From Planktothrix sp. GU0601_MAG3 (lineage in GTDB: Bacteria; Cyanobacteriota; Cyanobacteriia; Cyanobacteriales; Microcoleaceae), in contig CP136572.1 of assembly GCA_035193785.1 (NCBI GenBank), positions 1,472,001 through 1,536,000 on the forward strand: DNA of 64,000 bases, given 5' to 3'. The translations under genes were made by a program, and so were the position numbers. The first letter of the stretch is position 1. Every line of letters begins with the position of its first letter. This document shows positions 57,454 through 64,000 of the stretch, piece after piece. The notes beneath the pieces were generated by a model. That model made no database searches and had not been told where the DNA came from. It saw only the letters and a program-made list of their open reading frames with translations.

Positions 57454-59080
57454 GTGAGTACACTCAACGGTACAACATTTAATGATATTAATCGCAACGG
57501 CATCTTTGATGCCGGGGACGTGGCACTGCCCAATGTCACTGTCTTTTTAGATACTAATGGCAATGGTTTACCGGAAACCTTAGAACAGGTTCGTACCACT
57601 GACATTAATGGTTTTTATTCGTTTCCTAACCTAGCCGCAGGAAATTTTCTGGTTGGACAAATTGTGCCCCCAGGTTTTACGCGGACAACGCTTGCCACCC
57701 CAGTTACTCTGACTGGAGCCGCTGATGCTGCCACAGTCAACATTGCCAATACGGGAGCCGTTGCTCCTGTGGTTTCCGTCTTTGACCGGCAACATTAATG
57801 GGGCTGTCTTTGTAGATAACAACCTACAGGGTCTCTACAACTACGCCTATGACAATAAAGGCAATCTTGTTGCCTACAACAACAACACCGAAGTCTACGA
57901 CGTTAATGGTAACCTTGTTGTCAATCCCAATGGGTTTTCCTTTGAGGCTCAGGTATACAATCCCTTCGTGGATGCCACGTTACCCAGGGTTCCGGTCTAC
58001 ATTGACCTCAATAACGATGGTTTCCTGAATGCTAACGAACCCAGAACCCTGACCAATGAAGCCGGGTTCTATAACTTTAATGCTTTACCTACTGGCTCCT
58101 ACCTGTTGAGAGTTGCTCAACCTGCTGATAAGGTAGACGGAGCAGCCTCTGTTCTGGGTGATTTACAAACAACCAATAGTCCATTAGTTGTTGATGTCTT
58201 TACCGGCGCAACCACCAACAATGCAGATCTTGGAGTTGTGGTTCCCAATAGTGTTTACGGTAAAGTCGTTAACGACTTGAATGGTAATGGCTTCCCAGAA
58301 CCCAACGAACGTGGAATTGGCGGCATTACCGTCTTTCTCGACTCTAACGGAAATAACGTTTTTGACTTAGCCGAAAAGTCTACGGTCACTGGTGTTGATG
58401 GGGTCTACATTCTCAAAGGCTTAAATACCAGCGTTGGTCAGGAATCTAACGCTACCTTGGCCCAAGACCCCTATCTCGCCTACCAGCTTTTAGTTGATCC
58501 CCTGTCCGTTGCCAAGTCCTTCCCGGTGACTTCAGTTCCCCCAACCACCGCCTACGTTAGAACATCACCGTTGCCCGGAGCCACCATTGATGCTCCTGTG
58601 ATTCCAGGTGGTTCGGCTCAAGCCAACTTCCTGTATACCTTTGCTCAGACACCTACGGCGGTGCTGCGTGATAGCATTACAGGATTTGTTTTCAATGATT
58701 TAAACTCGGATGGGATTGTGCAACCGGGTGAACCCAACAAAGCCGGAGTCCAAGTCTATCTTGACTTCAACAACAACGGCAAACGGGATAATGATACTTC
58801 TTTGGTTGAGCCGGCTTCCATTAGCGATGCGTCCGGTTCCTTTGGCTTCTTTAACCTGACCACCCCGGGCGACTACATTGTACGGACAACAGGGAATTTC
58901 CCGACAACGCCAATTCCTAATGTCATCTTGGGCTCGGGTCAAGCCGCCCAACTGGCTATCGGTGTGTCTAGTGTTCAACCAACCCCGCCTATTAACCCTA
59001 ACGCTTTGATTCCCGTTCCTGGAGTCCAAGTCGTTGCTCAAAACCCTATCTTTCCTACTACCGGGTTCCCAGTAGTTTAA
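57454..59080 (+). CDS. SdrD-B-like repeat surface protein (frame break at 57772)
   Basis: Four modules G.VFND.N.NG..D..E....V.V(F/Y)LD.N.NG..D..E..T.T...G.Y.F..L; GGAGGAG RBS. Confidence 0.8.
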
Positions 59081-59122
59081 ATTTGGTGATTGATTCATCA
59101 ATCTATCTATTTAACTGATTTT

Positions 59123-59184
59123 TCATCCTAGAGAGGCACTAATCCTGAGAATGGGCTAGTTTCTTCCCTGGGATGATATTTTTT
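59123..59184 (+). terminator. Probable intrinsic terminator after the SdrD-like gene
   Basis: TCATCCTAG...CTGGGATGA stem followed by a T run. Confidence 0.5.
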
Positions 59185-59307
59185 GGCAAGGCAAATTCCC
59201 TAGAAAAAAGAACTCTAGGAATTTTGTATCCAGATACTCAGATTTTCTCTACTACTGCTGATTAATTTGAAGTAGGCTACATTAAGTGGAGTTTAACACC
59301 TAATAAT

Positions 59308-60570
59308 TTGTCTCAAGTTTTGACAACCTCAACCTTTCCCGCCCGCACTTTTAAGTTAAACAATGGTTTAACAGTGATTCATCAGCAAATGACCGCCACC
59401 CCGGTTGTGGTTGTGGATGTTTGGGTTAGGGCGGGTGCTATTTACGAGCCGGATATGTGGTCAGGGATGGCGCATTTTTTGGAACACATGATTTTTAAAG
59501 GCACGGATTGGATTGGGCCGGGGATGTTCGATCAAGTGATTGAGAGTTGTGGGGGTGTCGCCAATGCAGCTACCAGCCATGATTATGCCCATTTTTATAT
59601 TACAACCGCCGTTCAGTATTTAGAGGAAACCTTAAACGCCCTGGGGGAGTTGCTGCTCCATGCCACCATTCCCGATGGTGAGTTTAATCGGGAACGGGAT
59701 GTGGTTTTAGAGGAAATTCGTCAAGCTCAAGATGATCCCGATTGGCTGAGTTTCCAGGTTTTAATGGAAACCGTATATGAACGTCATCCCTACGGTCGTT
59801 CTGTTTTGGGAACAGAAGCCAAATTAATGGAGCGAGCGCCCCATGAAATGCGACGGTTCCATCAATGTCGCTACCAACCGGACAATATGGCTGTGGTGAT
59901 GATTGGGGATGTGACGGAACAACAAGCCCTAGATTTGGTAAATCAGGCTTTTGGGAATTTTTTGCCCCCAACCACTTACACCCATCTTTATGAAGTGGTG
60001 CAGCCCCGAATTCGGGGAATTCATCATCGGGAACTGCGTTTACCCTATGTTGAAGAAGCCCGTTTAACCTTAGCTTGGACAGGGCCAGGGGTAGAACAAT
60101 TAAGACAAGCCTATGGACTCGATTTACTCTCCTCGGTGATTGCTTCAGGAAGAACCTCTCGATTAGTCCAAAAACTGCGGGAAAAACTGCAACTTGTCCA
60201 TGATATTTGTAGCGACTTTTCCTTACAACAAGAGTCTAGTTTGTTTACAATTAGTGCTTTATTAGAACCTAAAAATTTAGAGAAAGTAGAAGATTTGATC
60301 TGTGAAGAAATTAATCAGTTAATGAACGAGCCGATTTCAGAATTAGAATTGAGGAGAAGTCAAAGGTTTCTCTGTAATGACTATGCCTTTTCAACGGAGA
60401 CCCCCGGACAATTAGCGGGACTATACGGGTACTATTTTACAGTAGCAGAACCTCAGCTATCGGTAACTTATCCGGCTCAAATTAAATCCTTTGAACCCTT
60501 AGAATTGCAAGCTATTTTGCAGGAAATGCTAAATTTAGAAAATTATGCGGTAATGGTGGTTAAACCCTAG
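59308..60570 (+). CDS. M16-family zinc peptidase
   Basis: GMAHFLEHMIFKGT (HxxEH), NAATSHD, ERDVVLEE. Confidence 0.93.
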   Translation: MSQVLTTSTFPARTFKLNNGLTVIHQQMTATPVVVVDVWVRAGAIYEPDMWSGMAHFLEHMIFKGTDWIGPGMFDQVIESCGGVANAATSHDYAHFYITTAVQYLEETLNALGELLLHATIPDGEFNRERDVVLEEIRQAQDDPDWLSFQVLMETVYERHPYGRSVLGTEAKLMERAPHEMRRFHQCRYQPDNMAVVMIGDVTEQQALDLVNQAFGNFLPPTTYTHLYEVVQPRIRGIHHRELRLPYVEEARLTLAWTGPGVEQLRQAYGLDLLSSVIASGRTSRLVQKLREKLQLVHDICSDFSLQQESSLFTISALLEPKNLEKVEDLICEEINQLMNEPISELELRRSQRFLCNDYAFSTETPGQLAGLYGYYFTVAEPQLSVTYPAQIKSFEPLELQAILQEMLNLENYAVMVVKP

Positions 60571-60621
60571 GATTTAAGGATTAATATAAGGATTCTGTTG
60601 ATCCTTAAATCCCGAGCGGGT

Positions 60622-60933
60622 TTACCATTTTAACAAATTAAATTCTTCCATGTCTATAGTATCTCGGTTACGATAAATAGTCAGAACAATTGCTAAACCC
60701 ACAGCCGCTTCCGCCGCCGCTACGGTAATCACAAAAACAGTGAAGACTTGACCCCTAATATTAGCCGAATCCGAAAAGTTAGAAAATGCCATGAGGTTCA
60801 AGTTGACGGCATTTAATAATAATTCAATCGACATCAAAACCCTAACAGCATTACGGCTAGTAATTAACCCATAGATACCGATACAGAAAAGAGCCGCTGC
60901 TATTAATAAAAAATACTCCAGTTGTAATTGCAT
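60622..60933 (-). CDS. ndhE: NDH-1 subunit 4L
   Basis: [27 protein letters not shown]. Confidence 0.96.
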   Translation of the reverse strand: MQLQLEYFLLIAAALFCIGIYGLITSRNAVRVLMSIELLLNAVNLNLMAFSNFSDSANIRGQVFTVFVITVAAAEAAVGLAIVLTIYRNRDTIDMEEFNLLKW

Positions 60934-60974
60934 AACTCTCTATTTTTCTCCGATTTTATTTTAATTCAAAAGTT

Positions 60975-61924
<950 letters not shown>

Positions 61925-62027
61925 AATTTCATCCTTATCAGTAATCAGTTATCAGTCATCAGTAATCAGTTATCAGTCATCAGTTCAATCAGTGGGCCAG
62001 ACGTGCCACGGCGCATCTGTACCAGCG

Positions 62028-62624
62028 TTACTCCTGATTCTCTTTTAACTTTTGTTCAATAATGGATTCTGGGCGTAACCCGGGTCTGACAGCCGTTTCC
62101 GGTAAATCATGGGGGTCAATTTCCCCGGCGGGTAAGTAAGCGAACTCCCTCAACGGTGTGACCATGGGATCATTCGTTACCTTATAGGGTAAACGTCCTA
62201 GGGCCACGTTGTCATAATTTAATTCATGCCGGTCATAGGCTGCTAATTCATATTCCTCCGTCATCGAGAGGCAATTAGTGGGGCAGTATTCTACACAGTT
62301 TCCACAGAAAATACAGACTCCAAAATCAATACTGTAGTGTTTAAGCTGTTTTTTCTTGGTTTCCTTGTTATAGTTCCAATCGACAACGGGCAAATTGATC
62401 GGACAAACGCGAACACAAACCTCGCAGGAGATACACTTATCAAATTCAAAATGAATCCGCCCCCGAAACCGTTCAGAAGGAATCAATTTTTCGTAGGGGT
62501 ACTGAACCGTAATGGGGCGACGACGCATATGGTCAAAGGTAACCCCAAGCCCCTGGCCGATATATTTTGCAGATTGAAAGGTTTCCTTCGCGTAATCGGT
62601 AACTTGGTTCAGAAACTTGAGCAT
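62028..62624 (-). CDS. ndhI: NDH-1 subunit I
   Basis: Two 4Fe-4S motifs, [12 protein letters not shown] and [12 protein letters not shown]. Confidence 0.97.
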   Translation of the reverse strand: MLKFLNQVTDYAKETFQSAKYIGQGLGVTFDHMRRRPITVQYPYEKLIPSERFRGRIHFEFDKCISCEVCVRVCPINLPVVDWNYNKETKKKQLKHYSIDFGVCIFCGNCVEYCPTNCLSMTEEYELAAYDRHELNYDNVALGRLPYKVTNDPMVTPLREFAYLPAGEIDPHDLPETAVRPGLRPESIIEQKLKENQE

Positions 62625-62796
62625 GATGTCTTCCTCTAACAGCTATCAGTAAACAGTAATTAGTTATCAGTAAAGAAAAAAATCAGTTTTAGGTTATCTG
62701 CAATCAGCATTTCAGACTCAGTTGGTAATCGGTAGCTTTCAAGTTAAAATCTTACACTGATTACTGATGACTGATCACTGATAACTGCTACCCGCT

Positions 62797-63915
62797 TTAT
62801 CCCCCAAAAGCCACGGGGAAAGCCAACTTGAGTGCCGCCGTTAATAGCAAATTAACTAAACCAATGGGTAATAGGAATTTCCAGCCCAAATTTAATAGTT
62901 GGTCAATCCGAACCCGAGGTAATGTCCACCGCAGTAGAACCGCCGTAAAGACCAGCAGATAGGCTTTGAGAACCGTCATGGTGATGCCTAACATCGCCAA
63001 AATCACCTGTAACCAGGGTGTGGTTTCACTCAATCCCAAGACCCGGACAACTACATCTACCGGAATTGGGAAATCCCAACCCCCCAAATATAAGACTGCC
63101 ACGATCAAAGCTGACAGTACCAAGTTGACATAGGACGCTAAATAATATAGGGCAAATTTCATCCCCGAATATTCGGTCTGATAACCTGCTACCAGTTCTT
63201 CCTCAGCTTCGGGTAAGTCAAAGGGCAAGCGTTCACACTCTGCCAGGGCTGCAATCCAGAAGATCAGGAAGCCCACGGGTTGACGCCAGATATTCCACCC
63301 GAGAATGCCATAGCCAGACTGCTGATTCACGATATCCAAGGTACTCATACTATTGGAAATCATTACCACGGCCAGCACCGCTAAAGCCAGGGGAATTTCA
63401 TAGCTAATCGATTGGGCGACGGCTCGTAACCCTCCCAATAAGGAATATTTATTATTGGAGGCATAACCGGACATTAATAACCCAATCGGTTGAATACTCG
63501 AAAGGGCAATCCAAAGAAAAATGGCGGTACTTAAATCCGTAATCACCATGTTTTGTCCAAAGGGGACAATCAAATAGGACAGAAACACGGGAATGGACAC
63601 AATAACAGGCCCCAGGGTAAATAACCAGGGGTCTGCATTAAAGGGAATCGTATCTTCTTTGAACAGTAATTTCAAACCATCGGCTAAAGGGGCTAGGATT
63701 CCCATTGGGCCCATATATTCGGGGCCGATTCGTTGTTGTGCGGCGGCGGAAATTTTCCGTTCTAGCCATACCGTTCCTAAAACACCAACGGTGGCAGACA
63801 CAATCATTAATCCCATGGGCAGAGGTAGCCAACACAATTTGGCAATCTCTAAGGATAGGCCCAGACCTGTGAGGCCTTCTACAAAACTTGCTTGTAAGTC
63901 AATTCCTGGGTTCAT
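62797..63915 (-). CDS. ndhA: NDH-1 subunit 1
   Basis: [32 protein letters not shown]. Confidence 0.97.
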   Translation of the reverse strand: MNPGIDLQASFVEGLTGLGLSLEIAKLCWLPLPMGLMIVSATVGVLGTVWLERKISAAAQQRIGPEYMGPMGILAPLADGLKLLFKEDTIPFNADPWLFTLGPVIVSIPVFLSYLIVPFGQNMVITDLSTAIFLWIALSSIQPIGLLMSGYASNNKYSLLGGLRAVAQSISYEIPLALAVLAVVMISNSMSTLDIVNQQSGYGILGWNIWRQPVGFLIFWIAALAECERLPFDLPEAEEELVAGYQTEYSGMKFALYYLASYVNLVLSALIVAVLYLGGWDFPIPVDVVVRVLGLSETTPWLQVILAMLGITMTVLKAYLLVFTAVLLRWTLPRVRIDQLLNLGWKFLLPIGLVNLLLTAALKLAFPVAFGG

Positions 63916-64000
63916 GGAATCAGTAATCAGTAATCAGTCATCAGTCATCAGTGTAGAACTGATCACTAATTTTTTGCCGTAAACCAGTATAGCGTTTGAC

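Overview
Chromosomal window from a filamentous cyanobacterium (Oscillatoriales, Planktothrix-like; inferred from gene content, HIP1 GCGATCGC sites and heptamer tandem repeats). It is mostly housekeeping genes: glnA/apcF, tlyA, speE, ppsA, pbpC, a ClC channel, panC-cmk, rlpA, purM, menB, tRNA-Gly(CCC), ndhR and cmpABCD (BCT1 bicarbonate uptake), purE, nagA, rubA-ycf48-psbEFLJ, ndhCKJ and ndhAIGE. Accessory parts are a complete 2530-nt group II intron with an RT/maturase/HNH protein, an AT-rich two-gene cassette (unknown protein + DUF488), two Uma2 genes, several MITE/REP-like elements and a candidate sRNA. The most striking signal is that all 29 reading-frame breaks I could locate fall on one motif, GAAC/GTTC written as GAAAC/GTTTC (one case GAAAAC). 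That points to a motif-specific sequencing artefact, most simply caused by DNA modification at GAAC/GTTC, the canonical Dnd phosphorothioation motif. The broken genes are therefore reported as single CDSs, not pseudogenes. All gene names come from recalled sequence resemblance; no searches were run.
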